Notes: generated by a model not told the origin, from the letters alone. Shown: positions 43,748-56,712, counted from the first letter of the whole stretch. The stretch is 62,989 bases of DNA, filler included, from Olpidium bornovanus S191 (GCA_017911155.1; 30 parts of 30 records of this genome joined end to end with filler, not necessarily neighbours in it), one strand, 5' to 3'. Made by a program: numbers and translations.

Positions 43748-45607
43748 CATGGCGAACGGCGTGAGGTTGAAAGGGGTCGGTCGTTCCGGCATCGGGTTCC
43801 GCCGCCAGAGGAGAACCGGCCGCCCCCTGTGCTTCAGCGGATGTCCGGTCGCCGACGCGCGCGAGCTCAAAGGGGAGCTTGTCGGGATCTCGGACTCGGT
43901 CGCTTGCTGATCAAGCTCGTTTAGCGGCGGCTGTGACGTCGTCACCACCCGCCGCGCGATCAGCTTTTGTTCCCACCGGCCCCAGATCTCCCAGACGGGC
44001 GAACTGGCTCCGGCGGCCTTCACCTCGCCCTTGATCTCACACGGCACCTTTTCCCGCCACTGTTTTGCCTTGAAATTCAGGACTGCGACATCTCCCGTGG
44101 TGTGGTTCTGGATCACCATCTCCCCGTAGTGATCAATACGTAACTTGCCGTAGATCAAGTTGTTGACGCACGTTGTCACTTTCCTGAACGAGTAATGTTC
44201 TACGAATTTTCCGTCTTCGCCTTCGGGGGCTCCCTCCGGCCTCCAAGCGTTTGCGATCTTGAGGTTGACGTGTGATACTCCTAGTGGATGCAATTCTAGT
44301 GACTTGCCATAGAACTTGGATTTGACGTTCACCTCCGCAAAAAACTCGAAGTTTGATGATTCGCAGTGGCAGGCAGATATTGGCTGTGCGCAGAACGCAC
44401 GAGTGAGAGGGGATCGTCGGCCATGTCAAAACGCTCAGTTGGCCCAAACGTACCGGGTGATGGCTGACTTGTTCCGAGACGTACCGGAATCCCTTGTCAG
44501 GTATGCTGAACTCATATGTTTCAGACTAAACACGCGATACGGTCCGCGACGTCAGGCTCCTTGACAAATAACCCCGCAGCAAAAGGAGCGCAATCATGAA
44601 AATACTAAGCGGCTGGCGGACGTACCAGCAGAGGGTTGAATGGTTTCCCCGTTCTTTCGACGGTGCTCGAGTAGTTGCTGATAGCGAACGCAGCAACGTA
44701 AAGGATTCGCTCTGTACTCCCCCGCTGCGCTGCTCCCTTGTCCAGGAGCTCGATGTACTGTCGCGCGATACTACGGTGATTGGTAAAAACAAAACCGGTA
44801 ACGAGGGCGAAGCCCCGGAGGGGGGATCCGACGTCGTACCGACCTCGACGTCTTCTGCCATCCGTTGCAGCATGCTGAGGGGTTCATTGAAATACACAGG
44901 CAGCGAGATCTTGGTGAGGTCTTTGCCAATGAAATTTTTGAGCACGCTCCAGAGGCTTATCTCAGGCGCCGAATTATTCTCGGCGAGCGGCAACCACTTG
45001 CGCAGGCCTGCGACGGGCGGGTAGCCCGGGACGGCAAACGATGCGGACTTGTCGGCAATCTTCTCGGGCCGGCCAGGTTCGGCTGCCTCTTCGGCAGTCG
45101 ACGCTGTGCCGGTTTCGCAGGCGTCAGCGGCTGAAATCGCTCCACCAACGTCGCCCGCTTGCAGCGGCTGACCGACGGAGTTGAAAAATTCGTCTTCGGC
45201 AAGCGCGTCCTCGAACACGTCCTCGTCCTCCTCTCCCGAATCAAAATCGTGCTCCGCAGCCGCGGCGACCGCCATCGGTCCCTCGGCGGCCGGGTCTTCC
45301 TGCATTTTCTGTGAAGGCTGGCGGACGAGCGGTCCCTTCGGATTTTGCCGCATTTTCCCGCGCACCGCCTGCTCCATGAGGTGGTTCTCTAGTGCCAGTT
45401 CTCGAATGCCCTCGGCAAAGAGGTTCTGTTTCTCCCTCTCGTCCTGGTACTTCATTTTCCAGTATGCTTCCCTGTCGCTGGCAAAGCGGACCAGCTTCGC
45501 CACCATGCCTGTCACCTGTTCCACGGACCGCCTCGCCGCTTCGTGCACGGCCAAACCCGGTTCCTTCGCCGAGGATTCTTTGACCGGAGACGTCTTTTGC
45601 AAATGAT
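43748..45607 (-). CDS. oxysterol-binding protein, Osh1/Osh2-like, partial
   Basis: Coiled coil, FFAT-like EDVFEDA, ISLWSVLKNFIGKDLTKISLPVYFNEPLSMLQRMAEDVE, KPFNPLL, the OSBP signature EQVSHHPP, and KSKFYGKSLELHPLG. Confidence 0.95.
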
Positions 45608-46101
45608 CTAAAAGCTGACAGANNNNNNNNNNNNNNNNNNNNNNNNNNNNNNNNNNNNNNNNNNNNTTAATTAATTAANNNNNNNNNNNNNNNNNNNNNN
45701 NNNNNNNNNNNNNNNNNNNNNNCCCCCCCCCCAACAAAAAAAAAAACCCCCGGCTTTGGGGACCAACGCCGGCGCGCGCGGGCCACGGGGAGAAAAACGC
45801 GGGGAAAGAAACTCATCGGTTTTTTTTTTCTGCCTGGGCGTGAGAAAACGGAGCCTGTGTGGGAAACCCGAGGACGGTGGTGGCTGCGGGTGCTCGAGCA
45901 GCAGTGGTGCCGACAGCGTGTTGCGCTTTCGGCTCTGCCTTTTTATTCCTTTGTACGCGGGGATTCCCGGCGGTCAGGCCCTCCAAAACGGGAGGCGCTT
46001 CTTTGTTGATCACGAAGCGTTTCTTTGTTGATCAAGAGGCGCCTCAAAAACAACAACAACAACAAAAACTTGGAACACGGCGGCGGGGAACGTTCGCCGC
46101 G

Positions 46102-46102
<1 letters not shown>

Positions 46103-46136
<34 letters not shown>
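46103..46136. repeat. (CA)17 microsatellite
   Basis: Read directly from the sequence. Confidence 0.95.
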
Positions 46137-46139
<3 letters not shown>

Positions 46140-46276
46140 CCTGCGGCTGCGGTGGGTGGGGCGGGGGGCGGAAAAAGCCCATGCGTATGCATTATTGAAA
46201 AGAGAGACTGGCACCCTAAATAAATAGTAGATCGGCGGGACGTCCAACGCTCTCGCTCGTCGTTTCGTGGGCCCGG

Positions 46277-47618
46277 CTACAGGGGCCCGTTAACGGGCCT
46301 CCCTTCCGGCAGGACCACGTGGACGGGCGGGGGCCCGGGCGGGGAGACGGGGATCTTTCCGCTCTTGGCTTTCGGGTCGTACAGCGGGACCTCCGCCGCG
46401 ATCTTGAGCTCGTGCATGCGCGGGTCGTTCTGGTCGATGGCGAGCACCTTCATGTCGGGGAAGTTGGCGAGCAGCAGCTGCTTGAGCTGCGGAAGGAAGT
46501 CTTTGGACGGGCCGAAGGTGCCGGAGCCGTTGTCGATGACGAGGACGGGGAGCTCGGTGCCCTCGGGGACCGGCAACTGGCCGGGGGCCAGGGACGGGGG
46601 GGTGGTCATGTGGTCCGCGCGCGGGTCGTCGGCCAGCGGCACGAACGGCGCGTGCTGCAGGCGGTGGTCGCCGGAGGCGCCGCGGACGCGCCCGGCTTCG
46701 GCGTCTGCCTTCGCGCTGGCGGGCAGCCGGTCGGCGGGGACGACGAACATCTCGCCGGCGAACATCACGTCGTGGTTGCCGTCCGCCAGCACGATGTGCT
46801 TGGAGATGTCGTCCAGTCGCTTATCGAAGCCGGTCTCGCTGAACCGGATGAAGCCGTCGCGCACGACGAACGTGAACCGCTTGCCCCCGCGGCCCCAGTC
46901 GAAGACGTCAAAGAACCCGCGCGCGTCCTTCAGCTCCCCGAATTCGCCCGCTCCGTTGAGGATCGAGTGCCGGAACCGGTGGTACAGCTTGCGGAGGGGA
47001 CCCGTGTACGGCTTGGAGTTTTTGATGATCGTCGGGTGGTCGGGTTTGCCGACCTGATTTTTTGGATTTTTTTTTTTTTTGGTTTTGGGTTGGTCAGCTC
47101 GGCGTCCGGGGAGTTTTTCTAAACCGCGTAAAAAAAAATTCCTTTCTTTTTATTTTTTTTTTGTTTTGTTTTGTTACCTTTCGGATGCTGCCAAAGATCT
47201 TCTCGCTGTTGTGCAGGTCGACTGAGTACACGTAGTAACCCTTGTCACCTCCGAACAGGGCCTCGCTGACGCCCTCGACGAACGGCTCCACGAACTTGTT
47301 ATGGTACCTGCGCCACTTGATGGGGCCTTCGCGCCGGGTGACCAGGGCGGCGTCGCTCCAGGAGGTGGGCCCGAGGAGCGCGACGCGCAGTTTCACGTCG
47401 CCGACGCCGCCCGAGACGGGCGCAACGACGGTCTGCTCGCCGTCCGAGGGCTGCATGCCCCCGCTGACGAGGGGGCCGAGGTTGACGTCGGCGTCGCCGA
47501 GCCACTTGTTCGCGCGGATCTTCCGGCGCTCCCAGAGGCGGAGGGTCAGGGTCGCATCGTCGGGGACGTTGCGCAGGACGATGGTGTCGTTCCAGCGGGC
47601 GCCGCTGCCCTCCTCCTC

Positions 47619-47653
<35 letters not shown>

Positions 47654-47690
47654 GGTCGTGGTCGTCGTCGTCGTGGTCGTCGTCGTCGTG

Positions 47691-47722
<32 letters not shown>

Positions 47723-48020
47723 AGACATCGCCCGGCGGCGACGTGTAGACCTTGTACCCGCCGGCCTTGCTCTCTGGCAGCAGGACCTTCTCCTGGTCGG
47801 TGATCGGGCCCAGGTAGCGGGACCGCTGGCCCGTGGCCCCCGCCCCGCGGAACACGTAGCTGAGCACCACGTCGAAGTACGGGTTCTTCAGATCGTCGTC
47901 GGACGTCGCGACGGAGTCCAAGGTCAGCCGGATGTCGACGCCCGCGGCCGCGAGCGCGGCCGCAGCGCCGAACCCGGCGACTGCCGCGGCGACGCAGACG
48001 ATGTTCCGGCGGAAAAGCAT
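46277..48020 (-). CDS. secreted C2-domain protein with Asp/His insert and conserved uncharacterised C-terminal domain (539 aa)
   Basis: Exons 48020-47178 and 47053-46277 (GT-AG, phase 0); complete gene. It has a signal-peptide-like N-terminus, a C2-like region (WNDTIVLRNVPDDATLTLRLWERRKIRANKWLGDADV) and a poly-D/H/E insert. The C-terminus GGKRFTFVVRDGFIRFSETG..DDISKH..FAGE..LVIDNGSGTFGP..LPQLKQLLLANFPD resembles a fungal C2-domain family I recall. Confidence 0.85.
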
Positions 48021-49649
48021 TATGACGCGGGGTGGAGGGGGCGGGGCAAAGGCCCAGGGTCTCTATGGGCTGGGGTGCCGAGTTGGCGGGGGGAGAAGAG
48101 GTCCGCCGGGGTGGTGATCTTAAAATACGTCGGTGCGACCTGCGAGCGGACGCGGAAACAGCGAGAAACGCCAACCCTCCAGCAACCTCGCCCCCCTTCC
48201 CGCGTGGGGCGCCGTGTTCCCCCCCCCCCCCCCTTTTCTTCGCGTCTTCCACGCGCCCCTCCGCTGCCCCCGTTTCCACGCTTCTTCGGCCGCGCCGCTC
48301 TGACGCACGAGGGAGGGGGGGGGGAAGGGGTGCGGCGCGTCCGCCGCTGCCGCTCGTTCCCTCTGCTGTTAGCGACGGGGGGAGGGGCGCACGTTGTCGC
48401 TTCGCCGGAAGTTTTTTTTCTTCACCTCCCGCGTTTCGATCTCCAGGGGGGAAAAAAAAAATTCTCCGATTTCTCCCCTTCCCTCCACGACGGCTTCCCC
48501 CCCCCCCCCCCCCCTCCCCCCCCCCCCCCACCTTTCTCCGTTCTTATTGGCCGCCCGCCCCGCGCGCACCCCCCGCCGCGTGCGCGCCGGAAACACGCCC
48601 GCCCCCGCATCTCCCACCCCACCCAACCCCCCCCCTTCCTCGGGAGACAGGCACATGGGCCCCTCAACCCCTTTTCCCCGCGGGGACGGGGGAAAAGGAT
48701 GTCTCCTGCTAGTACGCGCGCGCGCGCGCTAACGGCGCAGCTTGAGGGCGGGGGCGCGGGGTCGGTTGGTGTGGGGCGGGAGGGGCGGGGGAGGGGGGGT
48801 GGAAGCAGATGTGGGGTGGGGAGTGGTGGAGTAATAGGATGGGTGCGGCGCGGTAACGCGAGGGCACCGGGCAGCAGCAAATGGGAGAGGGGCACCGAGG
48901 AGCCCCTACCTGGCGGTGTCACGGAAGGGCAAGGCGGAAAGGCGGGCGCAGCGGGCATTTCACAGGCGGACGGTCGTAATTTTCCCGGCCCGCGCGCCGG
49001 GCGCCGGACACTACCCCCCGCTTTTTCCCGTCGACAACTCTCCCCTCCCCCGCCCCCGCAAAACGAGGATCCGGGGTTTCCAACCTCCTTCTTTCGCGGA
49101 ATCCGACAATCACGCGCCTAATTTATTTATTTATTTATTTTTTTTTTTCACCGGACGAAAAGTCGCGGCGGGGAAGAAGTGACATCCTCTCCTTCCCCAA
49201 CACCACCACCACCACCACCACCACGGCCCCAACCACGGCCGCCACCACCACCACGGCCCCCAACACGGCCGCCATCACCACCACCATTACCGCGCGGCGC
49301 GATGAACGGGGGTGGGGAAGGGGGAAGGAAAGGGGGGCGGGATGGGGAGTGGGGGGGTGACGGTAGGGAAGGAAGTTGGGGAAGGGGGGGGGGGTCGTTT
49401 TTGCCGTCATCATTATGGAGGGAAAAAAGAAGATTCCTTGGGGATTTGCGCGGGAGAAAGGGCGGGACTGGGGAGAGGATTTCGGGGGGAAGGGGGGGGG
49501 AAGATTTTGACCTTCGCGCGGGTCCGCGGAGGTCGGTTTTCAGCGTCAAAAGGACTCCGGGAAGAGCGGCGCGCACGCGCGAGTGGGGGGGGGGGGGGAC
49601 AACAAACAACAACAACAACAACAACAACCAACAAAAAAAGAAAAAAAAA

Positions 49650-49757
49650 CGACCCACAAAGCAGAAAAGTTTCCCGGGCGCATTTTTTTGTTTTGTTTTT
49701 TTTCGACCCACAAAGCAGAAAAGTTTTCCGAACGCATTTTTTTGTTTTGTTTTTTTT
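49650..49757. repeat. 54-bp tandem duplication in low-complexity intergenic DNA
   Basis: CGACCCACAAAGCAGAAAAGTTT(C/T)CCG..CGCATTTTTTTGTTTTGTTTTTTT begins at 49650 and again at 49704. Confidence 0.85.
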
Positions 49758-50560
49758 GTTTTGTTTTTTTTTTTTGGTCTGGCAAAAGATTGTCGATCCC
49801 CCCCCCCATTTTCCGTTGAGAAGGAGCTGTCTCTCCCACGCCCCCTCCTCCATCCCTGGTGAGAGGAATCTTTTTTCCCCTCGCCCCCTTATTATTTCCC
49901 CGGAAGTTTCCCCTTCCGCGCTCACAAGTCGAAGTCGGGCCCACGCGATCCCAAATTCCTCCCGCACGGCGGGCGGAAGGAGAAAAATGGGGGGGCGGGG
50001 GGGAATAGGGAAGAAGAACGACGAGAAATAAGGGAGAAGTAAGGGCGATCCCTTATTTTCCTTCTCCTTTCCCTTATCCCCTCGACACACGGCCCCCTCC
50101 GGAAGGGATGAACCGATTCCGCGGGAGGAGCGCAAAAATTGCTTTTCTTTTCCCCCCCCCCTCTCCCCCGTCTCTCCCTTCTCCCCCCCTCCCCCCTCTT
50201 CCCGTAACGGGACCCGGCCACCCCATCCCCCGCTCCACCCCACATTTCCTCATAACGGCGCCGGCCGGCTCCAGCGTACACGAGCCCCGATCCCGCCGCC
50301 GCCGTCGTTTTCGATCATTTTTTCTCTCGCCAGCTCACTTTCGCCGGCGCGGCATCCCGCCTGAGCCCTCCCGCCGTTTTTCTACCGCCGCCGCCTACCC
50401 CTCCTCATTTAACAACCCGGGCGGACAAAACCGCGGGCCGCCATTTTTTTTTTCCCCCCTTATAGTCGCTTACGCCCCCCCCCGTCTCCTCAAAATCTTG
50501 CTCCGCGTTGGGGGGGGTTTTTTTTTTGTTCCTCCTGTGCGTTGATACTCTCGGCCGGGG

Positions 50561-50744
50561 ATGTCTACGCCCCGCGCGGACCGGCGCAACAACGGCAGCT
50601 GGTTCGTGTCGTTCGACGGGCCCTGCGGGTCGGTCCCTCTCCCGCTCTGCCAGCTGGTGGGGTTTCCCGCCGGCCAGGGGAGCACGCCCGCGGTATGTTA
50701 CAACCGGAACACGGAGCTGTTCGGCCAGATCGTCCTGATGCCAT
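50561..50744 (+). CDS. CHS7: Chs7-like chitin synthase export chaperone, N-terminal exon
   Basis: FVSFDGPCGSVPLPLCQLVG...PAVCYNRNTELFGQIVLMP matches the family N-terminus F.SFD.IC...PL.LC.LVG...P.CY.RN.E. It ends at a GTAAGT donor. The start codon is uncertain. Confidence 0.65.
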
Positions 50745-50887
50745 GTAAGTCTTTATTCCTGGTTCCTCCTCCCCTCCTCCTCCCCCCNNNNNNNNNNNNN
50801 NNNNNNNNNNNNNNNNNNNNNNNNNNNNNNNTTAATTAATTAANNNNNNNNNNNNNNNNNNNNNNNNNNNNNNNNNNNNNNNNNNNN

Positions 50888-51009
<122 letters not shown>

Positions 51010-51330
51010 ACACCGCCCATCTCCCGCACGGGGAAGGGGAGGGGAAAGAAGGGAGAGAGGGAAAAAGGGGGGAAGAAGAAGAAGGGCTTGTTTCGCCCTT
51101 TGTCTGAAGCCGGGGAAAGGGCGGCGGCGCCTTCCCTCGCTGTAAACGCCATTCGGGCGGGCGGCAGAGCAAGCGGATTGGAGAGAGAACGGACGCCCTC
51201 CGGAGCCTCCTCTTCCCTTTCTTCGGAAGCCACGGAAAACCTCCCCGGATCCTCGGCGCTCCGCCGGACCGTTCCCCCGCACGCACGCACGCACCCCACT
51301 TCCCCCCCCCCCCCCCCCCCCCCCCCCCCG

Positions 51331-51383
<53 letters not shown>

Positions 51384-51413
51384 CGTCCTGCGCGGTCCGC
51401 CCCCGGGGTCGTC

Positions 51414-53611
51414 ATGAACGCGGGCCAGACCGTGGGCCTCCTCGGCGGAGGCCAGCTGGGAAGGATGCTGTCCGAGGCCGCGTCGCGTCTCAACGCACCG
51501 CTGCGGATACTCGACCAGCCCGACGACCTCCTCTCGCCCGCGAAGATGGTCACCCCGGGGCCCCACCACAAGGGCTCCTTTGCCGACGCCGACGCCGTGA
51601 GGAAGCTGGCCGCCGAAGTCAGCGTCGTGACCATCGAGATCGAGCACGTGGACGCCCGCGTCCTCAAGTCCGTCGTGCTGGAGGCCGGCGGCCGCCTGAA
51701 GGCCTACCCGGGCCCGGATCTGATCGCCGTGGTGCAGGACAAGTACGCCCAGAAGGTCTTCCTCGAGTTCAGCGACCTGCCCCTGCCGCAGTACGTCGCC
51801 GTCGAGCCCGCCCCGATCCCGCCCGGCGCGACCCGCTCGCCGACCCCCGAGGAGGAGTGGTCGGAGCAGCTCGATGCCGCGGCGCGGCGCTTCGGGTGGC
51901 CGCTGGTGCTGAAAGCCCGCAAGATGGCCTACGACGGCCGCGGGAACGCCGTCGCCGCAGACCTGAAAACCGCGTGCCGCGAGGCGGTGCGCTTGCACAA
52001 GGCCTCCGACGGCGGCGGGATCTACGTGGAGAAGCTGGTGCCGTTCGTCCGCGAGCTGGCCTGCGTCGTCGCCCGCTCCAGGGACGGGCGCGCCGTGGTC
52101 TCCTACCCCGTCGTCGAAACCGTCCACAGGAACGGCGTGTGCCACGTCGTCATGTGCCCCGCCGAAGGCGTCGACGACGGCGTCCGCCAGAAGGCGCAGC
52201 GGATCGCCGAGAGGGCGGTCGTGGCGTTGGGCAAGAAGGACACCGACGCGAGCGGCGTGGGCTACGACGGCGCAGTGGGCGTGTTCGGAGTCGAAATGTT
52301 CCACTTGAAAGATGGTAAACCGTAACGGGGGGGGTGGGGGGGGGGAAGGAGCGGGGATGTGGGAGACGGGAGGGAGCGGTGATGTCGGAACGGGGATGAC
52401 GGAGCGGGGGGAGGGGGGAGGGGGGAAGGAGCGGGGATGTCGGAGCGGGGAGGAAGCGGGGATGTCGGAGAGGGGAGCCAGGGCTGAAATCCCGCGCGAC
52501 CCGACGTTCAGATACCATTCTTATCAACGAGATCGCTCCGCGGCCGCACAATTCCGGCCATTATACCATCGAGGCCTGCCTCACCTCCCAGTACGAGAAC
52601 CATCTGCGCGCGGTCCTCGGCCTCCCTCTCGGCTCGCCGGACCTCAAAGTCGGTGCAGCCTTGATGGTGAATCTCCTGGGCGCCCCGGACAGCTCCATCG
52701 AAAGCACTCTCCGGCCGGCGGCGGCGGCTCTGAGCGTCCCGGGGGCGTCGATACACCTGTACGGAAAAAAGGCCTGCCGCCCGGGGCGGAAGATGGGCCA
52801 CATCACTGTGACGGGCAACACGAAGCAGCAGTGCATGCACCGGGCGAAGCCGATCCTGGAGGCGGTGGACGCGTCGACGGGCTGGAACGGACGGGCGGAC
52901 GCGGAGCGGTGCGAGCGGTTCGGGCGCGCTCCGCTCGTCGGGATCATCATGGGTTCGGACTCGGACTTGCCCCGGATGCGCCTGGCGGCGCAGGTCCTGA
53001 CCGATTTCGACGTGCCGTTCGAGCTCACCATTGTGTCGGCTCACCGCACACCCGACCGCATGGTGCAGTACGCGCGGTCGGCGCACGAGCGCGGCCTGAA
53101 GGTCATCATCGCCGGCGCGGGCGGCGCGGCCCACCTGCCGGGCATGATAGCGGCGATCACCCCGCTGCCCGTCGTCGGCGTGCCGATGAAGCTCTCTACC
53201 CTTGACGGCGTAGACTCGCTTTATTCCATTGTCCAGATGCCGGTCAGTGGCGCCAACGGGGAGTTTGGTTTTCCTGCCGCCCACGATTCGACCTGATCGG
53301 TCTCCTTTTCCTTTTCGCGCGCACCCGCCGCTAATTCTTTCCGGATTACTGGTTTTGGTTTTTCCCCGCCCTTTCCCCTCCCCGTTTCGCTTTGGTACAT
53401 CCGCGACTTGTTCCTTCAGCGCGGCGTTCCCGTCGCAACGGTGGCCATTGACAACTCCACGAACGCAGGCCTGCTCGCCGTTCGGATCCTCGGGTCTCAC
53501 CTCCCGGCGTACCAGGCCAAGATCGTCGAGCACCAGAAGCAGATGGAGCGCGAAGTGCAGTCCAAGGTGGACAGGCTTGCCGAGGTCAGTTGGCGGCTTT
53601 ACGGCGTGTGA
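51414..53611 (+). CDS. ADE2: phosphoribosylaminoimidazole carboxylase (fused PurK-PurE)
   Basis: Exons 51414-52314, 52512-53242 and 53420-53611 contain [74 protein letters not shown] and [26 protein letters not shown]. The gene is complete. Confidence 0.98.
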
Positions 53612-54009
53612 TCAGGTACGGTATTTGGACCCCTCCCCTCCCGCCTCCTCCCCCCCCCCCCCCCCCCCCCCCCGCCCCCGCCGCCGCCGCCGGNNNNNNN
53701 NNNNNNNNNNNNNNNNNNNNNNNNNNNNNNNNNNNNNTTAATTAATTAANNNNNNNNNNNNNNNNNNNNNNNNNNNNNNNNNNNNNNNNNNNNCCGCCTC
53801 CGGCCACCTCCACGCCATCTCCGCCGCCTCCGGCCACCTCTGCGCCGCCTGCATCCGCTCGCCGCGCCGTCTCCACCGCTTCCTGCCGCCCGCCGCGCCA
53901 TCTCCGCCGCCCTCAGGCACTCATCGCGCCGTTACCGCCGTACACCATGGACCTGCCCAAGGACCTTCCCAAGGACCTTTCCAGAGGAACGCTAATGGCC
54001 TGCCTGACC

Positions 54010-55200
54010 TGCAGATTCTCAAGCAGAATTAGATGGATAAGTGCTTTTTTTGAGGAAATTCAAATGCAGAATTCGACGGAGATCCTGATGAGAGCTGACA
54101 GAGATTTTGAAGCAAAATCTGATGGGGATTTTAATGTAGAACCTGACAGAGATTTTGAAGGAATGATTCTGACTCGGATTCTGAGTCTGATTTTGGCAGG
54201 GATCCTGAAGCAAAATACGATGGAAATTCTGACGCGGAATCTGACGGGGATATCAACGCGAAATATGACTGGGATTCCGATGCGGACGCTGACGGTGATG
54301 ACGACCCAAAATCTGACAGGGATCTGACGGAGATTCTGACTGAGAATCTGACACGAAGGAGAGAAAAGCTTGGCGGGGCCTGCCTGGCCTATTCTTTTGT
54401 TTATGCTCCTGCTGGGGCTGGCAAAACGCGGACACGAACGTGGAGTCTTATGGAGATTGAGCGAATAGCAGTCGCGGGTTTGCGGTCTGAAAGCTCCCTG
54501 CGCAACTGCCTGGACGCTTTGGTTCTTTATGCGACCTGGCCGGGGACGGACACGGCCGCCATGGCCGGGAACGTACATGCCAGGGACGGATTGACAATTG
54601 ACGAAGTGGACGGACGTCACTGCCGTGGCTGGGGAAGGGCCCAAAGGCCATGGCTGACGGGAACGCCATGGAAGGAAGAAAAGAAGGTGTGCCCTGCGGC
54701 CGCGCCCGGTGTGCCCGGCGGCGGGCTCCGCTGTGCCCGGCGGCGGGCCTCTCTGTGCCCGGCGGCGGGCCTCTTTGTGCCCGGCGGCGGCCTTCGGCTT
54801 GGCTCTCCCTCCTCGCCGCCCCCCCAGGCAGAATCTGATGGGGGTTCTGACACAGATTTATTTTGAGGGAATGCTTTGGACTGGAGTCCTGACGCAGAGT
54901 CTGATGGAGATTGAGCGAATAGCAGTCGCGGATTCGCGGTCTGAAAGCTCCCTGCGCAACTGCCTGGACGCTTCAATTCTTTATGCGACGACAGTGGAGG
55001 GGCTGGATGCAAGAATATGCAGGAGTGATTTTGATGGGATTTCCGAGTCTGATTCTGAGGGGGATCTTGAAGCAATATATGACGGGGTTCCTGACGTGTA
55101 ATCTGACGGGGATTTTGGCGCAGAATCTGAAGGAGATTCTGACGCAGAATCTGGAGGGGATTCGGGCCAGAATTTGGAAGAGAAGTTGCAGATCTAGAAG
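54010..55200. repeat. composite repeat contig: 12-bp minisatellite blocks, a 93-bp direct repeat and 5 x 22-bp tandem units
   Basis: GA(A/T)TCTGACGC(A/G)-type units at about 54010-54355, 54825-54905 and 55020-55200. Direct repeat 54443-54535 / 54897-54989. Units of (C/G/T)TGTGCCCGGCGGCGGGCCTCT at 54687-54796. Confidence 0.9.
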
Positions 55201-55304
55201 GGGANNNNNNNNNNNNNNNNNNNNNNNNNNNNNNNNNNNNNNNNNNNNTTAATTAATTAANNNNNNNNNNNNNNNNNNNNNNNNNNNNNNNNNNNNNNNN
55301 NNNN

Positions 55305-56556
55305 CATGTAAACACTAGCTTTCTTGATCCTGGAACAAGTGTCCTTGTCGTCCAGCTCCACAGCAGACTCGAAATCTCTCAGTGCTTCCTCCGGCCGGCC
55401 TTTCAAAAAGGAGAAAGTTCCCCGAAGAGCTAGCGCTTTGGCTCGATAATTACCGCCGCCAAGGTCGACGGCCCGATTCGCAGCATCCACGGCCTCGCTG
55501 TACTTGCGCTCCCGGAGGAGCGCGTGTGCGCGAAGGTACTCTTGCGTCGCATCCGCAGTTTCCTCCGTCAACGGTTGCGCCTTCGATTCAGCTTCATCCT
55601 CGGGAACTGCAGAAACCGGCGGCAAAACGGAACGGTGATTGGCCGGACGTTTGTGGTTCGTGACCTGCATCAGCAGAAATACGGACGTTTGCGGAATGAC
55701 TCCAAGTACGCCTTGATAAACGTTGCCGATGGAAGCTTAGCCTTCTTCGACTAGGGGGAAAACGGAGAACTGTCAGACACAGCGCGAACAACGCGTAAGG
55801 ACAAAACAGCGACCGTACTTTCATGATCTTCTTCGCTTTTCCTTCCGCAACTTTTCGCAAAACCCGCTCCATGCAAGTGGCAGTAGTCTCGTTTCTGAAC
55901 GAGTCCAGAATGCACGCGTTGGTGTAGTCTGCAAAAAAATGCGTCGTATAGGGTTACAGAAACGTGCTGTCGTTCAGGCTACCCAACGTACAAAAAATAA
56001 AACGTAAATCAGGGGCATGCGCACCTTGCAGAGCATCTTCGTTGTGTCCTAAAGCTTCGTGGGCCATGGCCCGCCGGTTGAGGGCCTTGATGTATCCCGG
56101 TTTCTGCTTAAGCGCTGCGCTGCAGTCCTCCACAACTTTTTCGTGCTGACGCCACAAGACGGTGCGTTGAAGAATTCTCAGCACTCGCCCGACACTCCAA
56201 GGAATACAGCAGTAGTTAGCAGTTATCCAAACCTGGTCTAGAGAAGCGTAGCACGCGGCGCGGTTCGAGAAGTACACTGGGTCCGGGTGCAATGCGATCG
56301 CATGGCTGTAGATTTTGATGGCAGCCGTGTACTTCCCGGCCACGTACGCTTCGTTGCCGAGCTTCTTCAACTGGAAAGATCTGCGTTCGCGTTCCTTGAC
56401 CGGCAACGTCGTCTAGGTCAGGATCCCGTGTGCAGAAGCGCAACTCGCAAGCCGCGCACCGAATTCCGCATCTCGGACGTACTTCGGCACTCATGGCTTC
56501 AATCTGTTCTTCCGTTAGCTCCTCGATGGCGTACTGGGCGTCGCCTTGCTCATCGG
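55305..56556 (-). CDS. TOM70: mitochondrial import receptor Tom70 (TPR), partial
   Basis: ELTEEQIEAMSAE, then TPR1 FQLKKLGNEAYVAGKY..HPDPVYFSNRAACY, TPR2/3 VVEDCSAALKQKPGYIKALNRRAMAHEALG, and later KALALRGTFSFLKG and RIKKASVYM. Confidence 0.92.
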
Positions 56557-56638
56557 CTGACGGGCGACGAAAGTCAGAATCGGCACCGCTCTTCGACCGG
56601 TAAGCGCTGGTTTTTCTCGAAATAAGGCGTCCTTCCCC

Positions 56639-56712
<74 letters not shown>

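Noticed and set aside
47301-49121. 606-aa plus-strand ORF and similar long ORFs (12449-13921, 13989-14978, 50832-52304, 52508-53533)
   Set aside because: They are antisense shadows of high-GC3 genes or run through homopolymers and N gaps; the opposite strand carries the recognisable motifs.
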